Source: Felis catus (lineage: Eukaryota). Taken from it: a stretch of 64,000 nt of DNA. The position numbers were made by a program, and so were the translations under genes. Location of the stretch: contig NC_058368.1 in NCBI RefSeq assembly GCF_018350175.1, positions 171,246,001 to 171,310,000 of the forward strand, given 5' to 3'. Each line of letters begins with the position of its first letter. Position 1 is the first letter of the stretch. The notes below the pieces were generated by a model. The model saw only the letters and a list, made by a program, of their open reading frames with translations, was not told the DNA's origin and made no database searches. Of the stretch, positions 26,773 to 37,079 are shown piece by piece.

Positions 26773-26944
26773 GGGCACCTGGGTGGCTCAGTCTGTTAAG
26801 CGTTCTGCTCAGGTCACAAGCTCTTGGTTTGTAGGTTAGAGCCCCACATTGGGCTCACTGCTGTCAGTGTGGAACCCACTTGGGATCCTCTGTCCCCCTC
26901 TTTTTGCCCTCCCCCCTCCAAAAAATAAATAAACATTAAAAAAA
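26773..26944 (+). mobile_element. Can-SINE inserted in the end of a MER5-like element (~26630-26962)
   Basis: Perfect 15-bp TSD aagatttgagaagca 26758-26772 / 26945-26959. Confidence 0.93.
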
Positions 26945-27004
26945 AAGATTTGAGAAGCAACTATACTAGAGCACATTAAAATGGTGATGAGCAATATGGG
27001 TCAT

Positions 27005-27625
27005 CATATCAGGATTAGATTTGGCTTCAAATAACCCCAAATAACTATAGCTTGAATAAGAAAGTTTATTCTCTCATATATAAAAGTCCAGATTTAAGTA
27101 ACTATGGCAGGTACTGAAACCTTGTTCCATGAGGTCCTCAGGGGCCCAGACTCCTTCTAGACCAAGTTGTGTTTTGTTGTGCAGAATGTGTACTCCACAG
27201 TCCTAAAACAATGCCATTCTCATAGAACAGACTGAATTTATTATGGAAGTTTTTCTGCGTCTGGTAATAAAGAATTTACAGAATGGGTGCTTTTTTCTGA
27301 ATCATAAAAACTTGCTCTAACTTTATGTTCCACCATCCCTTTGTCCTTCTGCTAAGCTGGATTTCCAGACATCATATTCATTTTTCAGGCAGAATCCTGG
27401 AAGAAGGGGAAAAAAGCATGTACCTGCTATCTAGTGCTGCTAAATTCATCTAATGCTGCTAGAGTCTGAGCATACATCCCATTGATCAGGCTGAGTCCTA
27501 GAGACACACTTAGCTACAAAGGAGGCTGGGAAAGGTAGTTTTTTACTCGGCAGCCATATGCCCTGCTCAAATGTCTATTCTGATGAAGAATGGGAAAATA
27601 GGGATGGAGACAACCAGGGATCATA
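27005..27625 (-). mobile_element. MLT1J-like MaLR LTR with ~160-bp foreign insert
   Basis: acacttagctacaaaggaggctgggaaa.gtagtttt motif; gg.cccagactccttct...ccaccatccct core split by the insert. Confidence 0.6.
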
Positions 27626-28117
27626 CATCTGAATACAAAGGCATGTCTTTCTGAGATTTCTATAGCAAAATAGTCAACTCTTTCAGAACCTGTTCCACTC
27701 AAATAGATGGTTCTGGTTCAACACTGAGCCTCTCCAAACTGCCTCATTTCATGTACCAACAATTGAGGGTGTCTCAATAGTCTCTCCTTTGTTGTGAAGG
27801 GGTAGGGGTAAGAAAGTGGTTAGGAATGAAGCTAGAAAGAAGAGCAGAAACCCAGGCACTAAAACCAAGGTATAGAGAAGATGATGTTGAAAACAAAGTG
27901 GAAGTCATTATCAAAGAGAGACTATCATCAAGGAGACCTAATACTGACACTTAAGAGAGTCAAGCTCCCTAAGTTTCTTCAATTCTTTGTGTTCAAGGCA
28001 AATACTGTCCTAAAGGCAGGAGATATTGAGTGTGTTCATGGAGGGGTCACCACTCAAGGGAGCAGGTCCGACTACAAAATTTGTGGGGCAGAGTGTAAAA
28101 TAACAATGCAAGGTCCA

Positions 28118-28320
28118 AGGGCACCTGGGTGGCTCAGTTGGTGAAATGTCAGACTTTTGATTTCAGCTCAGGTCAGGATCTCACACTTGGTGAGATCAAG
28201 CCTCCATGCTGACAGGGTGGAGCCTGCTTGGGATTCTCTCTCCCTCTCTCCCTCTGCCCCTCCCCTGCTCCCTCTCTCTTGTGTTCTCCCTCTCTCTCAA
28301 AATACATAAACTTAAAAAAA
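28118..28320 (+). mobile_element. Can-SINE inside MER45
   Basis: Head, CT tract, A tail; TSD aatgcaag(g/t)tc. Confidence 0.93.
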
Positions 28321-28754
28321 GAATGCAAGTTCTCTTGTTCAAAAAGAAGGGGAAAGTACAGTTAAAGTTACTAAAATATAAACATTTTCCTTTAAAAATA
28401 TCTTTTTACCTATTAAATGTAATAGGGAAAATAGCAATGCATAAGTAGCAAAATAAATGGACAAACTATAGAAAATATTTTGGTCCTTAATTTTATAATA
28501 CAATAAATAATATTTTATTAATTTTAGTAGATCAGGAGCCAATGGTTCTTGCAGAAAAATTTTTAAAAGAATAATTCCCCATAAAATCAGTTTCATGCAT
28601 TTGAATTTAATTATAAATGTAAATAAGTACAGTGGCATTTAAGTATTTCCTCTAACATTTTCTGAAATGGAGATTGTACAAGAAAATAAAAATGGTGTCA
28701 TAAATTTGTAAATAATTCAAAACACCTACTAATATATCCTATTGTTGTATTTTT

Positions 28755-29197
28755 CTTTTTTTTTTTTACCAATTATTTGTTTAAGTTTTAGTTTGAATTC
28801 CAGTTAACATACAGTGTTTTATTGATTTCAAGTGTACATTATAGTGATTCAACAATTCCATACATCACCTGTTGCTCAGTACTTCAAGTGTACTCCTCAA
28901 TCCCCATCACCTATTTTACTCATCCCCCTACCTGCCTCCCCTCTGGTAACCATCAGTTTTTTCTCTATAATTAGGAGTCTGTTTTGCGGTTTCTCTCTCT
29001 CCTTTCCCTTTGCTTGTTTCTTTTGTTTCTTAAATTCCACATATGAGTGAAATCATATGGCATTTGTCTTTCTCTGACTGACTTATTTCACTTAGGATTA
29101 TATTATCTAGCTCCATCTATGTCATTGCAAAAGGCAAAATTTCATTCTTTTTTTGTGGCTGATTAATATTCCATTGTATATATACCACATCTTCTTT
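28755..29197 (-). mobile_element. Older carnivore L1: poly(A), 3'UTR and ORF2 C-terminus
   Basis: T tract at 28755; antisense reads KMWYIYTMEY..KNEILPFA..LSEISQSEKDK. Confidence 0.9.
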
Positions 29198-31141
29198 TTT
29201 TTTTCAATATATGAAATTTATTGTCAGATTGGTTTCCATACAACACCCAGTGCTCATCACAAAAGGTGCCCTCCTCAATACCCATCACCCACCCTCCCCT
29301 CCCTCCCACCCCCCATCAACCCTCAGTTTGTTCTCAGTTTTTAAGAGTCTCTTATGCTTTGGCTCTCTCCCACTCTAACCTTTTTTTTTTTTTCCTTCCC
29401 CTCCCCCATGGGTTTCTGTTCAGTTTCTCAGGATCCACAAAAGAGTGAAAACATACGGTATCTGTCTTTCTCTGTATGGCTTATGTCACTTAGCACATAA
29501 CACTCTCCAGTTCCATCCACGTTGCTACAAAGGGCCATATTTCATTCTTTCTCATCGCCACATAGTACTCCATTGTATATATAAACCACAATTTCTTTAT
29601 CCATTCATCAGTTGATGGACATTTAGGCTCTTTCCATAATTTGGCTATTGTTGAGAGTGCTGCTATAAACATTGGGGTACAAGTGCCCCTATGCATCAGT
29701 ACTCCTGTATCCCTTGGGTAAATTCCTAGCAGTGCTACTGCTGGGTCATAGGGTAGGTCTATTTTTAATTTTTTGAGGAACCTCCACACTGTTTTCCAGA
29801 GTAGCTGCACCAGTTTGCATTCCCACCAACAGTGCAAGAGGGTTCCCGTTTCTCCACATCCTCTCCAGCATCTATAGTCTCCTGATTTGTTCATTTTGGC
29901 CACTCTGGCTGGCGTGAGGTGATATCTGAGTGTGGTTTTGATTTGTATTTCCCTGATGAGGAGTGACGTTGAGCATCTTTTCATGTGCCTGTTGGCCATC
30001 CGGATGTCTTCTTTAGAGAAGTGTCTATTCCTGTTTTCTGCCCATTTCTTCACTGGGTTATTTGTTTTTTGGGTGTGGAGTTTGGTGAGCTCTTTACAGA
30101 TTTTGGATACTAGCCCTTTGTCCGATATGTCATTTGCAAATATCTTTTCCCATTCCGTTGGTTGCCTTTTAGTTTTGTTGGTTGTTTCCTTTGCTGTGCA
30201 GAAGCTTTTTATCTTCATGAGGTCCCAATAGTTCATTTTTGCTTTTAATTCCCTTGCCTTTGGGGATGTGTCAAGTAAGAAATTGCTACAGCTGAGGTCA
30301 GAGAGGTCTTTTCCTGTTTTCTCCTCTAGGGTTTTGATGGTTTCCTGTATCACATTCAGGTCCTTTATCCATTTTGAGTTTATTTTTGTGAATGGTGTGA
30401 GAAAGTGGTCTAGTTTCAACCTTCTGCATGTTGCTGTCCAGTTCTCCCAGCACCATTTGTTAAAGAGACTTTTTTTCCATTGGATATTCTTTCCTGCTTT
30501 GTCAAAGATTAGTTGGCCATACGTTTGTGGGTCTAGTTCTGGGGTTTCTATTCTATTCCATTGGTCTATGTGTCTGTTTTTGTGCCAATACCATGCTGTC
30601 TTGATGATGACAGCTTTGTAGTAGAGGCTAAAGTCTGGGATTGTGATCCCTCCCGCTTTGGTCTTCCTCTTCAAAATTACTTTGGCTATTTGGGGCCTTT
30701 TGTGGTTCCACATGAATTTTAGGATTGCTTGTTCTAGCTTTGAGAAGAATGCTGGTGCAATTTTGGTTGGGATTGCATTGAATGTATAGATAGCTTTGGG
30801 TAGTATTGACATTTTGACAATATTTATTCTTCCAACCCAGGAGCACGGAATGTTTTTCCATTTCTTTATATCTTCTTCAATTTCCTTCATAAGCTTTCTA
30901 TAGTTTTCAGCATACAGATCTTTTACATCTTTGGTTAGATTTATTCCTAGGTATTTTATCCTTCTTGGTGCAATTGTGAATGGGATCAGTTTCTTTATTT
31001 GTCTTTCTGTTGCTTCGTTGTTAGTGTATAAGAATGCAACTGATTTCTGTACATTTATTTTGTATCCTGTGACTTTGCTGAATTCATGTATCAGTTCTAG
31101 CAGACTTTTGGTGGAGTCTATCGGATTTTCCATGTATAATA
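29195..31141 (-). mobile_element. Young feline L1, left arm (ORF2 3' ~550 codons open, 3'UTR, poly A)
   Basis: 592-aa ORF is L1 ORF2 from LYMENP through HCWWECK to [10 protein letters not shown]; poly(T) at 29195-29204. Confidence 0.98.
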
Positions 31142-32255
31142 ATCCAGTGAAGAAATGGGCAGAAAACAGGAATAGACACTTCTCTAAAGAAGACATCCGG
31201 ATGGCCAACAGGCACATGAAAAGATGCTCAACGTCACTCCTCATCAGGGAAATACAAATCAAAACCACACTCAGATATCACCTCACGCCAGCCAGAGTGG
31301 CCAAAATGAACAAATCAGGAGACTATAGATGCTGGAGAGGATGTGGAGAAACGGGAACCCTCTTGCACTGTTGGTGGGAATGCAAACTGGTGCAGCCACT
31401 CTGGAAAACAGTGTGGAGGTTCCTCAAAAAATTAAAAATAGACCTACCCTATGACCCAGCAGTAGCACTGCTAGGAATTTACCCAAGGGATACAGGAGTA
31501 CTGATGCATAGGGGCACTTGTACCCCAATGTTTATAGCAGCACTCTCAACAATAGCCAAATTATGGAAAGAGCCTAAATGTCCATCAACTGATGAATGGA
31601 TAAAGAAATTGTGGTTTATATATACAATGGAATACTATGTGGCGATGAGAAAGAATGAAATATGGCCCTTTGTAGCAACGTGGATGGAACTGGAGAGTGT
31701 TATGTGCTAAGTGACATAAGCCATACAGAGAAAGACAGATACCGTATGTTTTCACTCTTTTGTGGATCCTGAGAAACTGAACAGAAACCCATGGGGGAGG
31801 GGAAGGAAAAAAAAAAAAAGAGGTTAGAGTGGGAGAGAGCCAAAGCATAAGAGACTCTTAAAAACTGAGAACATGGGGCGCCTGGGTGGCGCAGTCGGTT
31901 AAGCGTCCGACTTCAGCCAGGTCACAATCTCGCGGTCCGTGAGTTTGAGCCCCGCGTCGGGCTCTGGGCGGATGGCTCAGAGCCTGGAGCCTGTTTCCGA
32001 TTCTGTGTCTCCCTCTCTCTGCCCCTCCCCCGTTCATGCTCTGTCTCTCTCTGTCCCAAAAATAAAAATAAAAAAAGTTGAAAAAAAAAATTAAAAAAAA
32101 AATAAATAAAAAGCTGAGAACAAACTGAGGGTTGATGGGGGGTGGGAGGGAGGGGAGGGGAGGGGAGGGTGGGTGATGGGTATTGAGGAGGGCACCTTTT
32201 GGGATGAGCACTGGGTGTTGTATGGAAACCAATTTGACAATAAATTTCATACATT

Positions 32256-32300
<45 letters not shown>
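31138..32300 (+). mobile_element. Young feline L1, right arm: inverted copy of 29205-30061 with (AAAT)n tail
   Basis: Reverse complement of the left arm's 3' ~860 bp, about 7 substitutions by eye; interrupted by a SINE. Confidence 0.98.
31875..32109 (+). mobile_element. Young CpG-rich Can-SINE in the L1 3'UTR
   Basis: TSD aaa(a/g)ctgagaaca 31861-31873 / 32110-32122; empty site visible in left arm at ~29328-29345. Confidence 0.97.
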
Positions 32301-33592
32301 ATTCTCTATCAGGCATGTTACTTATATCTGTTTTTCTTAGATCTCTGGCTGTGGCCTTGTCCTATTTTTTCATTTGGGATAAATTTCTGTCTTCTCATTT
32401 TGTCTGCCTCTTTTTGTCTGTTTCTGTGTGTTAAGAAAGTCAGCTATGTCTTCTACTTTTGAAAGTAGTGGCTTTATGAAGAAGAGGTCCTTCAGTGTCC
32501 TGCAGGGCACTGTCTCCTGTTTACCAGGATGTGGCACTTCAGGACAGTATCTTATGTTCATTGCTTATGCCCTGCCGTTGTGTCTGAGTCACTTTTCCTT
32601 TCAGTGCAGTTGTGTGCACTGGCTCTCTGCCTGTTGTGGAATGTGCTTTCTCTTTGTAGTGTTAGTGGCACCCAGGAAGGCCAGCTCTGAGGGGGTGTAC
32701 CTGCTGGGGAACTCAGAAGCAGGGTGGCATGTTAGCAAAATTTGTGCTGGGTCACTAGTCTTATGCTGGATCCCCGGAAGTGCTGCAGTGGCTGGGGGCT
32801 GTGTGCTGGGGCAGCTGGGGGCATGCAGCTGGCCATGGTGTGCAGTGGCAGCTGTGTGGCTAGCAGCTGGGTGGGGCATGCATGCTAACAAAATTTTCCT
32901 GAGCCCAGGAATGGCTAGCAGCCTTGGAGTGGGCGAGTCCTCAGGAGAACTTGTGGGCATGGCACACTGCTAGCTGGTTATATAGCAAGTGTCTGTGCAG
33001 CGCTATCTCCCACAGGGGGCGCTGTGTTTATGCTGGGGGGCAGGGGAGGAAAATGATGCCTGCTACCTCCCTCATTTTCAAAGTCCCCCAACATGCTCCA
33101 AAATCAGTATGAACAGATCTGTCTCCTGTTTGCCCCCAGCACTGTGTAAACTGTGATTTTTATGTTGCCTCTCTGCATAGGCTTCTGTCTCTTTAAGGGC
33201 TGGGACTCAGTTATCACTCACCCTTCTGGCTCACCTAGTGCTGAGTCAGCTGACTTTTAAAGCTCCAGGTTCCAAGTCTCACTGGTTTTACAAACTTATG
33301 GAATTCAATCCCTCTGAAACCAAAAATTATGGGGATTAACCTTACGCATGTGAGCTCCCTGGTGTGAGGGCCTGTTTCTCTGTCCTTTCCATGCACACAG
33401 CTACCTCCCTCCTGCAGGCAGCTCCCATCCTGCCTTTCAGATACAGCTTCTTCTCTATAATTAGTTGTGGAGTTTGTTCTACCAGTCTTCTGATCACTCT
33501 CCCCATTTTTTTTACTTGAATGTGGATATCTCATTGTAAATGTGGAACAAGGAGACCCCAGGGTCCTCATATTCTGCCATCTTCCCCCAGAC
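32301..33592 (-). mobile_element. Older carnivore L1: 5'UTR and start of ORF1
   Basis: Antisense begins gggggaagatggcagaatatgag (L1 5' end); CpG-decayed GC-rich UTR; ORF1 N-terminus ...DKATARDLRKTDISNMPDREF; flank ctattgtattttc resembles ctattgttgtatttttc at 28739. Confidence 0.85.
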
Positions 33593-33734
33593 TCCTCTAT
33601 TGTATTTTCAATTAAAAGGAAAAATCAATTTTACAATTGTCATCTTCATTAGTAACTGGTTCGTCTGAAGTCTCACGTGAAAATAGTGTTCTTTTCCTTC
33701 TAATGGGACAATCCTTAAATTTAATTTCTATTTA

Positions 33735-33944
33735 GGGGGCACCTGGGTGGCTCAGTCAATTGAGCATCTGACTCTTGTTTTTGGCTCAGGTCATGATCTT
33801 GTGGATCATGAGTTCAAGCCCCACATCAGGTTCTGCACTGACAGTGTGAAGCCTGCTTGAGATTCTCACTCTCCCTCTCTCTCTCTCTCTGAACCTCCCC
33901 CCCCCACTCTCTCTCTCAAAAATAAATAAACTAAAAATTTTTTT
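33735..33944 (+). mobile_element. Can-SINE
   Basis: TSD aatttaatttctattta on both sides. Confidence 0.95.
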
Positions 33945-34130
33945 AATTTAATTTCTATTTATAAGCCTGTGGACATTTGTTTCACATTGTTGCAGCAGTT
34001 TTCAAACCCAGAAATTCTAAACTCTTTGAAAAGTGATAATAACTCCCTAATATGCTTTACTGCAATATCCATGATATGCTTTTGTTTTGTAATTATTTGT
34101 AGGAAAAGTTTACTTCCTTGGTGCCAGTGG

Positions 34131-34159
34131 TTTTTTTTTTTTTAATGTCTTTATTTATT

Positions 34160-34200
<41 letters not shown>

Positions 34201-34379
34201 AGGTGGGGCGAGGGGGAGGGGCAGAGAGAGAGGGAGAGACAGAATCTGAAGCAGGCTCCAGGCTCAGAGCTGTCAGCACAGAGCCCGATGTGGGGCTCAA
34301 ACCCACGAACCATGAGATCATGACCTGAGCCAAAGCTGAATGCTTAACTGCTTAACCAAGTGAGCCACCCAGGTACCCC
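34131..34379 (-). mobile_element. Can-SINE
   Basis: Reverse-strand head, GA tract, T tail; TSD ggtgccag..gtt. Confidence 0.94.
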
Positions 34380-36953
34380 GGTGCCAGGAGTTATTACACC
34401 CATGCTCAGTCTAGAGAATTAATATTTGTGCAGAAGCTCTTAGGCCCAGCTTCCAAGATGAACCACCAAGCCAGTGTCACAACCTGGGTCCCAGTACTGG
34501 CCTCCACCACACCCTCCCCTTTCCCAAGGCTGCTGGTGCTGCTGTTGCCACCACTAATCTAGACCCAGGTCCAGCCACAGCCATATCCTCTGGATCCCCT
34601 TGGCATCCTGGACCACCCCTGGCTTTCTGTCTATGCTGGGTGATACTCCATGTATACACTGCTGCCTGCAGCCTCTGGCACCTGAAGATCTGTGCCCTCC
34701 AGTACATACCTCTGGAGTAGCCCCTCTGTTCACAAGTGTGCGCCTTGCCCCTTCAGGCTCTATTTACAAAACACAAGTTCAAAGGTAAAATTGCTAAGCA
34801 TGTCCCAACAGCAACAGCAAAACATTAAAGCAAGCACAGGGCCCCTTCCGGGAGGAGAGCCATGTACCACTGCAAGGTTTGTAGATCCATGAGGTTGGCC
34901 CTACTGGGGAGGGAAGCCTTGGAGCTAGCTAGGAATTAAATGGGATGTGACCATATTATGCTGTCATCTCAAGAACACAACAGGACGAGAGACTTCTTTC
35001 CTCTGTATTTTACTGTACTCATTTCTCAAAACTGTAGTGTTCAGCATTTCTTCTGATCTTGCAGTGCCAGAAGCTGAAATCTTAATTTATAATTTGCCCT
35101 GAGTAGCAAAAAAAAATTTTTTTTTAATTAAGGTTAGAAGTTCTTATTAAGATGAAATCCAGTGGACCTACGATGGCCTGCTAACTTTTATCCATATGTA
35201 ATGCTTATAGGCATTAGCTTTTTCAAGGAAAAACTGCTTCTCTGCATTTTTGAGTTAACCCAACCTATTTTTAATAATACAGATGGCCAGAGTCATTTGA
35301 CCAGGATGGAGGCTTGTCAGGGGTTTTCATGAGAGAATATTTTATTTGCTCCTCAGAGTCTTGCAGCCTGGGAATGCAATCCCAACAAGTCCATGCCCAA
35401 CGCTGAGACCCAGACATTTCTGACACTTCCTCCTATGCTGCTCATCCAGAGGCCTTTCTCCATCTTGTTGTCTTCATTAACTAGAACAATGGTCATCCCA
35501 CCTCTGGTTTGTAACTGCCTTGGTATTATGACCTACAGTCTGTTATTTTTGTGATCTACTTTTTCACCTTTCAGGACCTCTCTCCTTCCATTCCTTTTCA
35601 CAAATCTATATCAAAGTCCTGAGTTTTGAATCCTTCATTCGTAGTTAGCAAAGAAGCCGTATTTGTAACTTGAGTATATGTCTATATTGAAGTTCTCCAT
35701 TTTCTAAGTTACCAGGTTTAACCCTGTTTTTCTGTCCCTAAAATTTATAAAGTGATTTCTTTCTGAAGTATTTTCCCAAATTACATACACATGTATCAAT
35801 ATATGTATACTATCCATTTCGGTTCTCTATTACTGAACATTCCCCCCATGTTCTGAGTGTTAGCTATACTTGTAGGCACTCAGCCAATAAGAGCTGAGAC
35901 ACATACTGCAAAAACCACTGCCTCTGAGTATGTTGCCTTGCTCTCCTACAGTAAGCATGTTCTGCATGGTATCTACTTTCTTTGGTCTTTATTTCTGCCA
36001 ATTATTTTGGGTCTGGTCAGGAATTTTTATTCTTAATGGCTAACATAACATTTGAAAGTGATAGAGTTGGACATGGCCCAAAGAAAGCAAGGAAAATGTC
36101 ATGCTGGATGCTATCATTATACTAGTTGTAATGCAGCTGGTGTCACCCTCAAAGAAATAGATGTGAAAACATAGGGTGAAACTCAGCAGACGATCCCAGG
36201 GTTGTGGAAATACTGTGACATTAGAATGGCATCATAAATATCCCTGTAGCCTGGGATAATTGACCTGCTATTGCTTGAAAAACACCTAGAAGAAAATTGG
36301 GCCAGAAGCATGTCATGACCAAGTCATTTGAAGAGAATGGAAGAGGTTACTGTCATAAGATGCCAGGAATGCATGGTCTTGACAGCTGTGCTCTAACAAT
36401 CCTGTGTGGCGTTATTAGAGGTCCTATTTCTCAAAACACATCCTCCTTGCCAAACAGGGTGTGTACATCTTATACAACAATATCTCTATATAGAAGTCAT
36501 CACTATAAGAACTATTGGCATTCAGTTTAACCTAATCCTAAAATAATTACTCAGCTAACTGAGTTCATTATATTTGTTAATCTTCCATTTAAATTATAAG
36601 TTCAAGATTATCATCTATCTATAAAATAATAGCTGGCAACATCATCCTATCAAAACTAAACACTTACATTGTTTAAGGCTCTGGAGAGACACAATGGTAG
36701 GATACATTGCCTCAGTGCTCAAGGACTTTATGGTCTAGTTTGGGGAAAGTGAAAGTGCCAGTGAGCATATATAGAGAACAAAGGCTATGTAAGTTCTAAG
36801 GATAGAGAGATTGCCCAGGTAGTCAGGGAAAGTGGAACTTGGGCTGGATGCTGGTAAAGACTGAGCTTCCATAAGGGGAGGGAACGGTGACGATCCCAAG
36901 GCAGAGGTATGGAGGCAGGAACACAAAAGAGGTTTAGAAAGTAGGCTGAAGAG

Positions 36954-37079
36954 GAGGCCTGGCTGGTTCAGTTGGTAGAGCATGTGGCTTTTGATCTCAG
37001 GGTTATAAGTTCAAGCCCCACAATGGGTGTAGAGATTATTTAGGAATAAAATCTTAAAAAGAAAAAAAGAAAAGAAAAG
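36954..37079 (+). mobile_element. Short tRNA-Lys-derived carnivore SINE / tRNA retropseudogene
   Basis: gcctggctggttcagttggtagagcatg...gttcaagcccca, A tail; TSD aaagtagg(c/a)tgaagag. Confidence 0.88.

Larger units (their letters stand above)
28063..34903 (-). mobile_element. MER45-family hAT-Tip100 DNA transposon, split by L1s and SINEs
   Basis: Left end caggtccgactacaaaatttgtggggc.gagtg.aaaat; right end ...ccatgaggttggccct; 8-bp flanks caagggag / ctggggag. Confidence 0.75.

Noticed and set aside
29490..31268. 592-aa ORF as a novel gene
   Set aside because: It is the L1 ORF2 C-terminal part preceded by ~43 aa of antisense L1 read across the junction; it lacks the endonuclease and most of the RT domain.
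30931..31710. 259-aa chimeric ORF across the inversion junction
   Set aside because: Antisense ORF2 fused in frame by chance to the ORF2 C-terminus; non-ATG start and no evidence of expression.
29195..32300. Ordinary twin-priming 5' inversion
   Set aside because: Twin priming leaves one 3' end and a TSD; here the 3' end and tail are present twice and there is no TSD.
32428..32973. 181-aa Cys/Ala-rich ORF
   Set aside because: Falls in the GC-rich, CpG-decayed 5'UTR of the old L1; no recognisable domain.
36954..37035. Functional tRNA-Lys gene
   Set aside because: Degenerate stems, A tail and 16-bp TSD indicate a retroposed SINE/pseudogene.
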